Assembly (NCBI GenBank): GCA_964250295.1
Contig: CAXUEP010000001.1
Span: 60,989 to 124,988, forward strand
Direction: 5' to 3'
DNA length: 64,000 nt
Source of the DNA: an uncultured Mycoplasmatales bacterium
Lineage (GTDB): Bacteria; Bacillota_I; Bacilli_A; Mycoplasmatales; CGIF01
Each line of letters opens with the position of its first letter. Within the stretch, counting starts at the first letter, position 1. The notes under the pieces were generated by a model. That model saw only the letters and a list, made by a program, of their open reading frames with translations. It did no database searches and had not been told where the DNA came from. Both the position numbers and the translations under genes were made by a program. This document shows, piece by piece, positions 1 through 11,944 of the stretch.

Positions 1-705
1 GTCACCTTTGCCTATCCTTCAAGAATACAGAACAATGTTATTGAAGATTTCTCTTTTACTTTTAAAAAGGGTAAGAAATACGGCATCGCTGGGAAGAATG
101 GAATTGGTAAGAGTACTATTACTAGAATCCTTTTGAAACTCTACAGAGGATTCAGAGGTAATGTATTAATTAACCAAAAAAACTTGTTAGCAGTAAACAC
201 AGAGCAACTTCACCACAATATTTGTAAACTAAACAATCGTCCCTCTTTTTTTAACATGTCGATTGCGGAAAACATATTCTACCCGTTTGCATATAACAAG
301 GATCAGGATCTGAAAAAGCTTATTTATGCAGCTAGGGAAGCACGGGTTTTTAAATTTATTAAGTCACTTCCCGCTAGCTTTGATACAGTTCTTCGTGAGG
401 GAGGTGCTGATCTTTCCGAGGGGCAAAAACAGCAACTTGAAGCAATGAAAGTTTTCATTAAAAACTATGAAATCTACATGTTTGATGAGATTTTAAGTAA
501 TGTTCATCCTTCAACTAGGAAAATAATTCTCAGAAACATATTTACAAAAATTGGGGATAAATTGGTTATTGCTATTGATCACCACTATGATATCTTTGCC
601 CATATGGACTATGTGTATACGTTTTCAAGTCGAAAGTTAACCCGCGTGAGACATCCCGGAAAACTTGTGGAAAATGAATTTAAAGCAAAAGCTCCTAGAA
701 ACTAA
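1..705 (+). CDS. ABC transporter ATP-binding domain (5' part outside window)
   Basis: Open frame from base 1; Walker A GKNGIGKST, signature LSEGQKQQ, Walker B YMFDE. Confidence 0.85.
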   Translation, partial: VTFAYPSRIQNNVIEDFSFTFKKGKKYGIAGKNGIGKSTITRILLKLYRGFRGNVLINQKNLLAVNTEQLHHNICKLNNRPSFFNMSIAENIFYPFAYNKDQDLKKLIYAAREARVFKFIKSLPASFDTVLREGGADLSEGQKQQLEAMKVFIKNYEIYMFDEILSNVHPSTRKIILRNIFTKIGDKLVIAIDHHYDIFAHMDYVYTFSSRKLTRVRHPGKLVENEFKAKAPRN

Positions 706-1571
706 TGGAAAACCCGGAAATTATAATAGGAAGACATGTTTCTGTTGCAGCACCTGAGTATTTGTTAGGAGCTGCTAAGGAAGCTTTTTTTAACGAGTAT
801 AATGCCTTCATGATTTACATGGGTTCTCCTCGTAACAGCCTCCGTAGTGACCCTTCTCTCTTAAGAGTAGAAGAATTTAAACACTATCTTAGGGAAAAGA
901 ACTTGGAACTGAAAAACATAGTGGTTCATGGTTCTTACCTAATTAACCTTGGCAATACAATCAGTAGTCAAAAACTTAACTGGTCAGTTTCTTTCCTAAG
1001 AAGGGAGTTAGCTGCAATGGAAGAAGTTGGCCTTCAGACGCTTGTGGTACATCCAGGTAGTTCCCTTGGAGTTGAGCGTAAAAAAGCCCTAATGAATGTT
1101 GCCGATTGTTTGAATGATGTTCTTACTACTCAGAGCAAAGTCCGTATTGCCATAGAAACAATGTCTGGTCGAAAGAACGAACTAGGAAGTTCCTTCGGGG
1201 AATTGAAGTTCATCCTTGATAACATAGTTCTGAAGGAATTAGTCGGCGTATGTTGGGATACTTGTCACATGTACAGTGCTGGTTATGATATTAAAAATGC
1301 TCTTGATGAGGTCATCGGCAAATTTGCAGACGAGATTGGTCTTGAAAAGTTGTGGGTAGTTCATATAAATGATTCCTTCCATGAACTTAACTCCCGGAAG
1401 GATCGTCACACGAATATTGGTAGAGGAAAACTGGGTCTTTCCTGTCTACAACTTATTGTTCACCATAAACTCCTGCAGGGGGTAATTAAACTTTTAGAAA
1501 CACCTAGGAAGGATGGTAGTTATAAGGGGGAGGTGAAAATGCTCCGTCAAACTCCTAACCTTGTTTCCTAA
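705..1571 (+). CDS. nfo: Endonuclease IV
   Basis: Motifs HGSYLINL, VVHPGS, IETMSG, CWDTCH, HINDS, DRHTNIG, ETP. Confidence 0.93.
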   Translation: MENPEIIIGRHVSVAAPEYLLGAAKEAFFNEYNAFMIYMGSPRNSLRSDPSLLRVEEFKHYLREKNLELKNIVVHGSYLINLGNTISSQKLNWSVSFLRRELAAMEEVGLQTLVVHPGSSLGVERKKALMNVADCLNDVLTTQSKVRIAIETMSGRKNELGSSFGELKFILDNIVLKELVGVCWDTCHMYSAGYDIKNALDEVIGKFADEIGLEKLWVVHINDSFHELNSRKDRHTNIGRGKLGLSCLQLIVHHKLLQGVIKLLETPRKDGSYKGEVKMLRQTPNLVS

Positions 1572-2066
1572 CTATTTTTCTATGAGTAATGGTGGTTCTG
1601 CAAGTCTTTTAAGATAACAGTAAAAAGTTAGAAAAGCATCAAGTTCATGAATTTCTAGCTTTTTCTGTTTGTGAAACCAACCGCCACCCCTCCCTGCCTT
1701 TCATAGTAGGTCATCAACTTTAATGAGACCTTCCTTTAGCCTTCTGCCAAGAAGTTTAATTTCCCCAACAAGAATTGTTTCACATTTTTCTATTGGAAGG
1801 ATATAGGGAAGGGACTCTATCATTCCGAAGACCTTAAACAAGCTTGTAAGGTCATAACCCCTAATTTTAATGAAGTTCGTTGTCTCATAAACAATATGAT
1901 TTACTCTTGTTTTTTCACAAAAGTTCTTTATAAAGGTAAAGTGATCCTTCCAGTACTTACTCTTAAAATTTGCGAACCCCTCCTCCCTGGTCTCTGTATC
2001 ATAAAAAAAGATGCCTGTTGTGCCAGAGCCAGAAGGATCAATAGCAAGGTAACGTTTTGCTTGCAT
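1572..2066 (-). CDS. RuvC-like (RNase H fold) Holliday junction resolvase
   Basis: N-terminal YLAIDPSGSGTTG, central HIVYE, C-terminal HELDAF after reading TGA 1701-1703 as Trp; stop TAG 1572-1574. Confidence 0.6.
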
Positions 2067-2067
2067 T

Positions 2068-2790
2068 TTAATCTAGATTGTCTTCCCACTTTCCCAGGAG
2101 TCTCCTAGTAGAAGAACTGTCTGTGTACGCTAGCAGGAGTTTTTTGATAATCTCCTTTTTTGTTGTAAATGAATAGATATCCTTGTTCTCTACAATATTA
2201 ATCAGAACTTCTAAAATCTCAAAAAGTTCAGGTCCCTCATCAAATCTCTCGAAAAAAACACCCCTTCCTGTACTTCAAAGAAGATAAACGTTTTTCTTCG
2301 TACATATTTTTTGAATAAGTAGTTGTACCTTAAATGCTAGCACTGACATTGGACTCTGGTCAACTATGACATTGTTTGTCTTTAGTTCGATTACGCAGTT
2401 TTCAAATTCTAAGTCAACATAGCTAGCAAATAGACTTTCCTTATAGAAAGAATGGTAAAGCTTTTCACTCCCAATAAACTTTCCAAAGTGATTTTTCTTG
2501 AAAAAGTTGATTGTTTCGCCTATTTTTGTAAGTGTCTTGGCACTTAAATTCTGAGAAGAAAAAGTTTGCTCGTCACCGTTTTCAAGGAAGCATTGAATAC
2601 TCCTATGGAAGATTTTTCCATTGTTAGCTGCTCTAATTAAAACGGATTGCGGAATCTGCTTATTCTCGTATTCAATCTGTTTAAGAATACTAGTTAGGGT
2701 ACTTGCACTCAACGCCTTCTTTTCACCATAATACGGTCAAAACATACTAGTTGTTGTTGAAAGTTTGATCTTTACTTCTTCATTCTTCAT
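2068..2790 (-). CDS. PD-(D/E)XK-family nuclease (phage exonuclease/Cas4-like)
   Basis: Code-4 ORF of 240 aa; GKIFH..IQ, SEK, YVD, IELKT and FKVQL motifs. Confidence 0.6.
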
Positions 2791-2794
2791 TGGT

Positions 2795-3271
2795 TTACTG
2801 AGTTTCTGCATTTTCATGGGAACCATCTACTATAACTCGCAGCTGTGCGGAAAGACCCTCGCCTACCTTCACCTCTACAAAAAAATCCCCCTTTCTGCGT
2901 AGTGGTTTAAAACCAGGAAGATTCTTCTTAGTAATTTGGACATTAAATTTTTCTTTTAGAATTTTGATGATGTTGAGAGTTGTAATAGAGCCGAATGTTT
3001 CCCCCTCTTTCTCTTTCAAGAAGAAATTTAATTTTTTCTGGTTGATAACTGTGAAAATCTCTTCCCTCTCCTTTCTTCTTAGGGCTTGCTGTTCACTAAA
3101 CTTTGTTCTCTGGTACTGAAGTTGTTTACTAATAGTTTTGTTGTAGGCTAGGGCTTTTTGCTTGGGAAAAAGGAAGTTTTCTGCAAAAGATTTTCCAACT
3201 TCCTTAACCTCTCCCCTTCTTGCAATTCCTTCAACATCTACAAGAAAAATTACTTCTTCCTTTTTATTCAT
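2795..3271 (-). CDS. rplI: 50S ribosomal protein L9
   Basis: VIFLVDVEGIARRGEVKEV..FAENFLFP; FGSIT. Confidence 0.9.
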   Translation of the reverse strand: MNKKEEVIFLVDVEGIARRGEVKEVGKSFAENFLFPKQKALAYNKTISKQLQYQRTKFSEQQALRRKEREEIFTVINQKKLNFFLKEKEGETFGSITTLNIIKILKEKFNVQITKKNLPGFKPLRRKGDFFVEVKVGEGLSAQLRVIVDGSHENAETQ

Positions 3272-3375
3272 TAAGGTGGGCATCACCACCCCCACAGGGT
3301 ATTATTGTGTGTATAGAAATATTTGTCACTCCGGCTCTTTGTTGGGTTTCATAAGGTTTTATGTACCGTATATGA

Positions 3376-3672
3376 CTAAACCTTGTTTGTTTGGGGGTAG
3401 GTAGTTCATTCGTTTTGGTCAACTATTGAGTAAGGCATCAGTGCCATTTGTCTAGCTCTTCTTATTGCCTTAGCTACACGTCTCTGGTATTTAAGTGTTA
3501 ACTTATTGAAAATAGAAGGTATTATTTGTCCCTGTTTGTTTACAAAGTTACCCAGCATTGTAACATTCTTATAATCAATATATTCTATGTTGTTCTTTAT
3601 AAAGTAAAGATTATTGCCAAATGCCTTGTTTTTTCCTGCTAGACGAAGTCATCGTGACGAGTATCTTTTCAT
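3376..3672 (-). CDS. rpsR: 30S ribosomal protein S18
   Basis: Not in ORF track (split by TGA); translation contains IDYKNVTML...QRRVAKAIRRARQMALMPY. Confidence 0.9.
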
Positions 3673-3674
3673 TT

Positions 3675-4124
3675 TTAGTTGCTTACTCCTAGTTGCTTTT
3701 CACTTTCCTGATTAATTCCCCCACTATGCTTCTCCTGTGAAGAATTTTCTGCTTTGGGTCCAGGTTTTCTGGGCTTTCTGTTTTTTTGTAGCTTACTAGA
3801 ATTTTTTATCTTAATTTTTTTCTCAGTGTCAAGATTAACTGTCATATGACGAACAACCAGTGGGTTTTTTAGAGTTTCCTCAATCTCATTGATTCTTTTA
3901 CGGTCTGCTTTGAAATTCAACAGTAAATACTCAGCTGCTTTTATTTTTTCAATAGAATATGCTAATTTCCTAACTTCACTTGCAACAGTGAGGCTTTCCG
4001 CTAAAACTGATTCTTTAATTCTTTCAACAAGATCACTCTTCTGTTTAGGAGTACAATCTCTCATTATACAGAGAATCTCGTAGTTGCTTATTCTGGTTTC
4101 TTCTGGTTTTTTTTCCTTATTCAT
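3675..4124 (-). CDS. rpsF: 30S ribosomal protein S6 with basic C-terminal tail
   Basis: NYEILCI...RKLAYSIEK...VVRHM; lies directly upstream of rpsR; start chosen at ATG 4124. Confidence 0.8.
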   Translation of the reverse strand: MNKEKKPEETRISNYEILCIMRDCTPKQKSDLVERIKESVLAESLTVASEVRKLAYSIEKIKAAEYLLLNFKADRKRINEIEETLKNPLVVRHMTVNLDTEKKIKIKNSSKLQKNRKPRKPGPKAENSSQEKHSGGINQESEKQLGVSN

Positions 4125-4398
4125 CTTTACTGATTTCCAAGTGTTTTTTGCTTTAGGGCTATTCCTTTTTAGTACTGCGAATTCAGCACTATTCATATCT
4201 ACACACTGTGTATGACTAAATAGAACTTAAGCAAAAGGCATTTTAGCTCACCAAGCTATGTTAGCTTTTTTGTATTTACTTTAGTTTTTAGTAAAGACCA
4301 AAGAGCTGAATAGCTTTTAGACTGCAAACAGTTACACTTCCTATATGCTATCCTGCATAGTAAGTATGCAAACTCTTATTTCTCTTAGCTGCTTCTAA

Positions 4399-4493
4399 TG
4401 GCGGAAGTGAAAGGTTTCGAACCTTCGCACATACTTTTTAGTATGTCTACTGACTTTCCAGGTCAGCCTCTTCATCCACTTGAGTACACTTCC
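4399..4493 (-). tRNA. tRNA-Ser(GGA)
   Basis: GGAAGTG acceptor stem, anticodon loop CT-GGA-AA, long variable arm, GGTTCGAA, encoded CCA. Confidence 0.93.
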
Positions 4494-4843
4494 ACTTAAT
4501 AGTTTTTACTCTGTAGTTTTTGTGATGAGTTAGCCAGTTTAATATCATTTGTTCCAAACAACATTTTATTATCTGTCAGCTTTTTGTTAGTATAAGTTTT
4601 TTCCAAGTTTTCTAAAATAACATGGATAAGAAAAGTGGGATTAGTTGTAAATAAAAAAGCCTAGCAAAAGCACTCTTCTTGTTCAAAAAATTAAAACTTA
4701 ATAAAAACAAAAGAAAATTAGGTACTAAACTATAAATTTTTTCTAGTTAGAGATTTTCAATCATCAGTTTCAATGGTAATTGAAAGACACATGAAAGTTA
4801 TAAGTTTTTACCTGGTTAACTGATAAGGATAGAAAACAAGAAA

Positions 4844-5359
4844 ATGCCAATACGACGAAGCCAACCAAGACCACGACCATCGTCATATCCTTCGTTTTCA
4901 GTGTATAATCATTCCTCTTTACCTTATCAATTAAACGACATAGCTCACATACATGGATGCTGAATGGATGTGGTTGGTGATGAGGTAGATGTCCTGAGTC
5001 GTGATATATTTAAAGCACGGTGTGAAAATGAAGAGATATATCATCTGCTCAGAATGCATAAGGAAACCTATCAAAATGAACTTACGAACATTATTGCCAA
5101 TCTAAATTCTGATATAAATAAGATGAGAGCAGAGCTGAAAGAGGAACTAATGAGGGAGTTGCACAAAAACAGCGACAAAGATCATACTGATACGGTAGGA
5201 ACTGCACAAGACGATACTAACAGCAAGGATAAGGATATTAACAGCAAGAGTACTGATAAGAGTACTGATAAGAGTACTGTTGATCAAATTGTTGATCAAC
5301 AATGTCAACTACAACCAGAACCAGCTGCTGATATTTCAAAGCAAAGTAATTATCAATAA
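4844..5359 (+). CDS. Hypothetical coiled-coil/low-complexity protein
   Basis: Code-4 ORF from ATG 4844 through TGA 4961; KSTD repeats. Confidence 0.55.
5246..5279 (+). repeat. 12-bp tandem repeat AAGAGTACTGAT (about 3 copies)
   Basis: Seen directly; encodes KSTD units in frame. Confidence 0.85.
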
Positions 5360-5659
5360 TCATAATAAATAAGAGTGATTAAAAACACTGTTGACACTCA
5401 CTACTATGTTTTTTTGGAATTACCTCTGCCCTAGTTTACGTTCCCTCAGCCTTTTGATTGTTTGCGAAGAAATTGAAAAGCTAGTGGGCTCTTCGGGGTA
5501 GTTAATGAAAAAGGAAATACAGGGTAGCTACAGGTATGGGTTTTTTGTTTAAAAAAATAGCCTATGCTTGTCTGGTGTTTATATTTTGTGAATAAAAAAA
5601 CAAGAGGCTTTTACCTATAACAACTGGCGTGTCTTCCGCAGATGTAGTTTCTAGGAAGT

Positions 5660-5733
5660 GCGAATGTAGTTCAACGGCAGAACTTTAGCCTTCCAAGCTA
5701 ATAATGAGGGTTCGATTCCCTTCATTCGCTCCA
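5660..5733 (+). tRNA. tRNA-Gly(TCC)
   Basis: Cloverleaf, loop CT-TCC-AA, GGTTCGATT, CCA. Confidence 0.95.
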
Positions 5734-5755
5734 GTTACCTCGGGAGTCTCTAAAT

Positions 5756-5832
5756 GGCGGGTATAGCGAAGTGGTTAACGCACTAGTTTGTGGCACTAGG
5801 ATTCATGGGTTCAATTCCCATTATCCGCCCCA
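5756..5832 (+). tRNA. tRNA-His(GTG)
   Basis: Cloverleaf with G-1, loop TT-GTG-GC, CCA. Confidence 0.93.
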
Positions 5833-5866
5833 ACTTAGGTTAGGATCATGGGCACTATTTATAAAA

Positions 5867-6661
5867 GTGATTTCAATTCAGAAAAGTTTTACTAGTAAAA
5901 AAAAAACTCTTTTCTTAATTGCTACTCCAATTGGTAATCTTCATGAGCTAACACCCCGTGCAGTTGAAACCCTTAGTTCTGTTGATGTAGTAGTCTGTGA
6001 AAATACCTTTCTCTGTCTTAAATTACTTCGTGCTTTTGATATAAAGGCAAAAAAAATTCTTCTCTATGATAACATTAAGGAGAAATCTGACTTTAGGGTT
6101 GAAAAATTTGTCCATGAACTTTCCTTCTATGAAAGGGTTGCCCTACTTTCAAGTGCTGGCTACCCTCTGGTCTCTGATCCAGGAAGGAAGCTAGTTAGGA
6201 AGTGGATTGATGTAGGCTATTATGTAGTACCTATTTCTGGAAGTAGCGCTGTTCTTGATTCCATAGTTGCTTCAGGCTTCTACTACCATAACTTCACATT
6301 CATTGGTTTTCTACCGAGAAGAACACATAAACAAAAAACAATACTAAGTGTTTATGCCCAGAATTTTCTTTCGGCATTGATAATTTATGAAACAGTAAAA
6401 AGAATTGAAAATACACTCATAGCTATCAGGTCGTGTCTTGGAAACCGTATGATTGCACTTTGCAGGGAGATTACTAAACTTAATGAAGAATTTATCAGGG
6501 GAAGTGTTGAGGATGTGATTAAGTATCTAAAGGATAATCTGTCATCCTTAAGGGGTGAACTAGTTATTATAGTTAGTGTTGAGCTAGGCGGGCTTCTTCT
6601 CAAGAACAGGCCCCTACGAATTAAGGCATGTAAGAAGTTTTCTACAGGGGATATAAAATAG
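5867..6661 (+). CDS. rsmI: 16S rRNA C1402 2'-O-methyltransferase
   Basis: LFLIATPIGNL, AGYPLVSDPG, GFLP, CREITKLNEE; GTG start chosen downstream of tRNA-His. Confidence 0.9.
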   Translation: MISIQKSFTSKKKTLFLIATPIGNLHELTPRAVETLSSVDVVVCENTFLCLKLLRAFDIKAKKILLYDNIKEKSDFRVEKFVHELSFYERVALLSSAGYPLVSDPGRKLVRKWIDVGYYVVPISGSSAVLDSIVASGFYYHNFTFIGFLPRRTHKQKTILSVYAQNFLSALIIYETVKRIENTLIAIRSCLGNRMIALCREITKLNEEFIRGSVEDVIKYLKDNLSSLRGELVIIVSVELGGLLLKNRPLRIKACKKFSTGDIK

Positions 6662-6724
6662 CTATATTCATCCGGAGAAGATTTTCCATCTGTAAACTAT
6701 ATGGCTCTTAAGCAAGTACTGAAA

Positions 6725-7051
6725 ATGCTAACCTACTTACAACGTTTGCTTATTGATACCTGAAAAACTTTAATTTTTGCAAAGGCAACAAACCCCTTGC
6801 TGTACCTTTGTTTATTTATAGATACCTTTACCCTTGTTTATGCCTTTAATATCCTTTATGAAAATTACCAACAAGATATTGAAAGAACCAAAATACTTGA
6901 TGGATATCCTGTAAACGGGGTTGTTTTTGATAAAGAATTGCTAAGAACAGTTGAGGGAAAACGAAAATACTCTTCTTTTGCCGTCTTCATAGTACTATTT
7001 ATTCCATGAATGGTGAAGAAAATTGCTGGAACTGATCAGAGAAAAACATAG
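6725..7051 (+). CDS. Small hypothetical membrane protein
   Basis: Code-4 ORF with two hydrophobic stretches. Confidence 0.5.
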
Positions 7052-7173
7052 TTCATCAGTAAAAACAATGTTCATCGTGGGTAAAATGGAAGAATTCCTA
7101 TGATAATTGCGTTTTTAATGGAACAAAAATACTTCACTGCAGAAACTGGGTGATAATGATAACATAGTAGTAT

Positions 7174-7698
7174 ATGATGAATAAGGATAGACAACCGGAA
7201 GAAGTGATTAATGATGAGGAGAAGGTTCTCCAGGAGAAAAAAGACCTGCAGATAGCTTCTCTTCATGAAAAGAATCTTCTGCTTACTGCCGAAATTGAGA
7301 ATGAGAGAAAAGCACATATCAGGGAAACTGAGCAGGCCATAAGGTATGCTAACAAAAAGGTTTTGCTTAAAATCCTCCCCCTAATTGAGAATTACAAACG
7401 GGCCCTTCTCTTTGTAGAGAAATCTAAGAATAAGGCAGTTGAAAGTTTTGTTATAGGATTTGAAATGATTCTTAATGATTTTAAGGATAGTTTAAAATCA
7501 GAGGGAGTTGAGGAGTATTCTCCACAGCCATACAAGGAAGTTTGGGATAGTAAATCTTGTGAGATTGTTGATGAAGTTGAGAATAACGAGTATGAAAGTG
7601 GGGTAATAATGCAGGTTGTTCAGAGTGGCTATTTTCTGCATAAGAGATTGCTCTCTCCTGCAAAAGTAGTAGTTAGCAAAAAAAGTAAGTCCATTTAG
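7174..7698 (+). CDS. grpE: Nucleotide exchange factor GrpE
   Basis: AEIENERK...VVQSGYFLHKRLLSPAKVVVSK; upstream of dnaK. Confidence 0.92.
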   Translation: MMNKDRQPEEVINDEEKVLQEKKDLQIASLHEKNLLLTAEIENERKAHIRETEQAIRYANKKVLLKILPLIENYKRALLFVEKSKNKAVESFVIGFEMILNDFKDSLKSEGVEEYSPQPYKEVWDSKSCEIVDEVENNEYESGVIMQVVQSGYFLHKRLLSPAKVVVSKKSKSI

Positions 7699-7957
7699 TA
7701 GCTTATCTGGCTATGCTAAAAAAACCAACCCGTCTTGCTAGTTAAAATCAAAATCCTTCCCAGGGACAACTACTCATAGATCTTTTTGAGTAGATTAATC
7801 CTAAAAAAATTGGAAAGAAAACTCTAGACTGTAGCTCCCTCGCTTTTCCTCAGATAACTGGAGTAACTATAAAGGTAGTTTTGGTATAAAAAACATTCTA
7901 AAGTGACTGGCTTTATTTCAAAGAAGTCATTCTGGAAAATAAAAGTAAGAAAATTAA

Positions 7958-9814
<1,857 letters not shown>

Positions 9815-9837
9815 CCTCTGGATTCTAAATCCAGAGG
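9815..9837 (+). terminator. Hairpin between dnaK and dnaJ
   Basis: CCTCTGGAT-TCTAA-ATCCAGAGG perfect 9-bp stem; no strong U tract. Confidence 0.45.
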
Positions 9838-9858
9838 AATTATTCCTCATGTATACTA

Positions 9859-11004
9859 ATGAAAGACTACTATGAAATTCTAGGCGTTGCTAAAAATGCT
9901 TCGGCTGAGGATATTAAAAAAAAATATCGTTCTCTTGCCCTAAAAATGCATCCTGACAGACTTGTCAAAAAATCTGATCTTGAAAAAAAAGAAATTGAAA
10001 AGAGATTCCAGGAAATAACTAATGCTTACGAAACTCTCTCTAACGAGAAGACACGTAGGCAGTATGATAATGAGAGCAGGGGTGGATTCACCAGTGGCTT
10101 TGGAGGGGGTTTTGAAGGCTTTTCTAGTGCAGGTGATGAATCCTCGGTTTTTCAGGAAATCTTTGAAAATTTTTTTCAAAGTGGTAGGAGAGCTAGTTCA
10201 ACTACAAGAGCGAATACACCGCGCAGAGGCGAGGATATTCTAATATCTGTTGTGTTGCCGTTCAGAAAAGCTGTTAATGGTACAGAAATTACTAGGGAAA
10301 TAGATTTCCTGTATGCATGTCCTGCTTGTAAACAAACTGGTGCTTATTCAAAGGATCATATTAAAACATGCTCTACTTGTAATGGTAGTGGATCTGTGGA
10401 GAATATTCAACGTAGTTTCTATGGTAGTATTCGTACATCAACTGTTTGTAGTACTTGTAAGGGTAGTGGGAAGATTATCAGCAAAAAGTGTGACCTATGT
10501 CGTGGTAAAAACTTCGTTACAAGATCGCGTACTGTGGACATCAAGATTCCACGTGGTCTCCAGGTTGGCCAACGTTTAAGAATACCATCAGGAGGAAACG
10601 ATGGTCTTTATAGCAGTGAAAAGGGAGATATCTTTATAGAGTTTGAAATTGAAGAGAATAGTTACTTCAAAAAGAAAAATAATGACATACATGTCCAGTT
10701 ACCAATCTCCTTTCTTGATGCTATCGTGGGGAACACGGTCAAGGTTGTGACGATTGAGGGAGTTGAGGAATTGAAAGTTCCCCGCGGATCGCAGTTTGGT
10801 GATTGCGTAGTTCTTAGAAACAAGGGCTTCTACACAGGTGTTAGTAGGGAGAACAGGGGTGATTTCTATGTATGGCTGAAAATTATGCTGCCTAGGAAAA
10901 TTAGTAGTGAGAGTGAGAACACTCTCCGTGACCTCCAGGAGAAATCCCCTTGAAAGCCAAACAGTGATTTTCTGGAAGAAAACCATGCTAAACTTTTGAA
11001 GTAA
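9859..11004 (+). CDS. dnaJ: Chaperone DnaJ
   Basis: J domain with HPD, G/F region, CxxCxGxG-type repeats; reads through TGA 10951. Confidence 0.95.
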
Positions 11005-11035
11005 AACAGGTACTTATACGGATAGATGTTAAATT

Positions 11036-11866
11036 ATGGGTTACAGTGTAGAGAACTTAAGAAAACTAAGATCGTTAACTGAAGTTGGTATCAGGGAGTG
11101 CATAAGAGCACTTGATGCTAATGGTGATGATCTTTCGGGTGCCCTTAAATGACTGAAAGAGCATTCTTTGTTGTTTAGTAAATCATCGGGATCTGGGTCC
11201 AGCAAAAAATCAAACAGGTTCGGGCTTGTAAAAATAAGTAATACAAGAAACAAGATTGTTGCATTTTCATTAAAATGTGAGAGTGATTTTGTGGCAATGA
11301 ATAGTGTTTTCACTAAGCTTGCTGATGACATTGCTGTTTCACTAACAGAAAAATTTGCAAGTTTCGCAAACTGTTCCCAGGAACAGATAGGCGAGGAACT
11401 CAGAGGTCTTGTGAATAGTGCTTCCTACTCACTTAATGAAAAGATTTATATTGAGAAAGTTAGCTTTTTTTCAAAAGAAGAGAATGAAGTATTTGGCCAA
11501 TATATCCACCATAATGCAAAAGTAGGTGCTTTTGTTGTAGTGGATAAGGGTAGTGAGAAATTAGCAAGAGAGTTATCAATGCAGGCTGTTGCTAATTCAC
11601 CAACCTTCCTGGCGGTAGAGAGTATTCCAGATGAAATAGTCGCCGCAAAAATGGAGGAGATTAGACAACTGGTTAGTGATGAAAATGCTGGCAGGGAGTC
11701 AACAATTATTGAAAGAATTGTTAACGGGAAGTTTGGAAAGTGAACTTCAGAAGTTTGCTTTCTTGAACAGAATGATTTCAGAGAACCTAGTAGAAAAGTA
11801 GAGCAAATTCTCCGTAGTGCAAATGCAAACATAAAATACCTATTCTTAATCAATATCAATAACTAG
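11036..11866 (+). CDS. tsf: Elongation factor Ts
   Basis: LRKLRSLTEVGIRECIRAL, LKCESDFVA, IVNGK; two TGA=Trp. Confidence 0.88.
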
Positions 11867-11944
11867 TAATATACTAACTAGTGCTAATAGGGAAGGAAAC
11901 AATTCGTTAGCAGAAGAACTAGTTATAAGAAGTAGGGAAAAATA

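Noticed and set aside
2068-2790. Cas4-like plus RuvC-like genes as a CRISPR system
   Set aside because: No repeat-spacer array, no cas1/cas2 and no Fe-S Cys cluster seen in the window
4500-4840. AT-rich divergent intergenic region as a possible oriC
   Set aside because: No convincing DnaA boxes (best about 7/9) and no dnaA nearby
5771-5866. N-terminal extension of rsmI in the ORF track
   Set aside because: Overlaps tRNA-His; the real start is more likely GTG 5867
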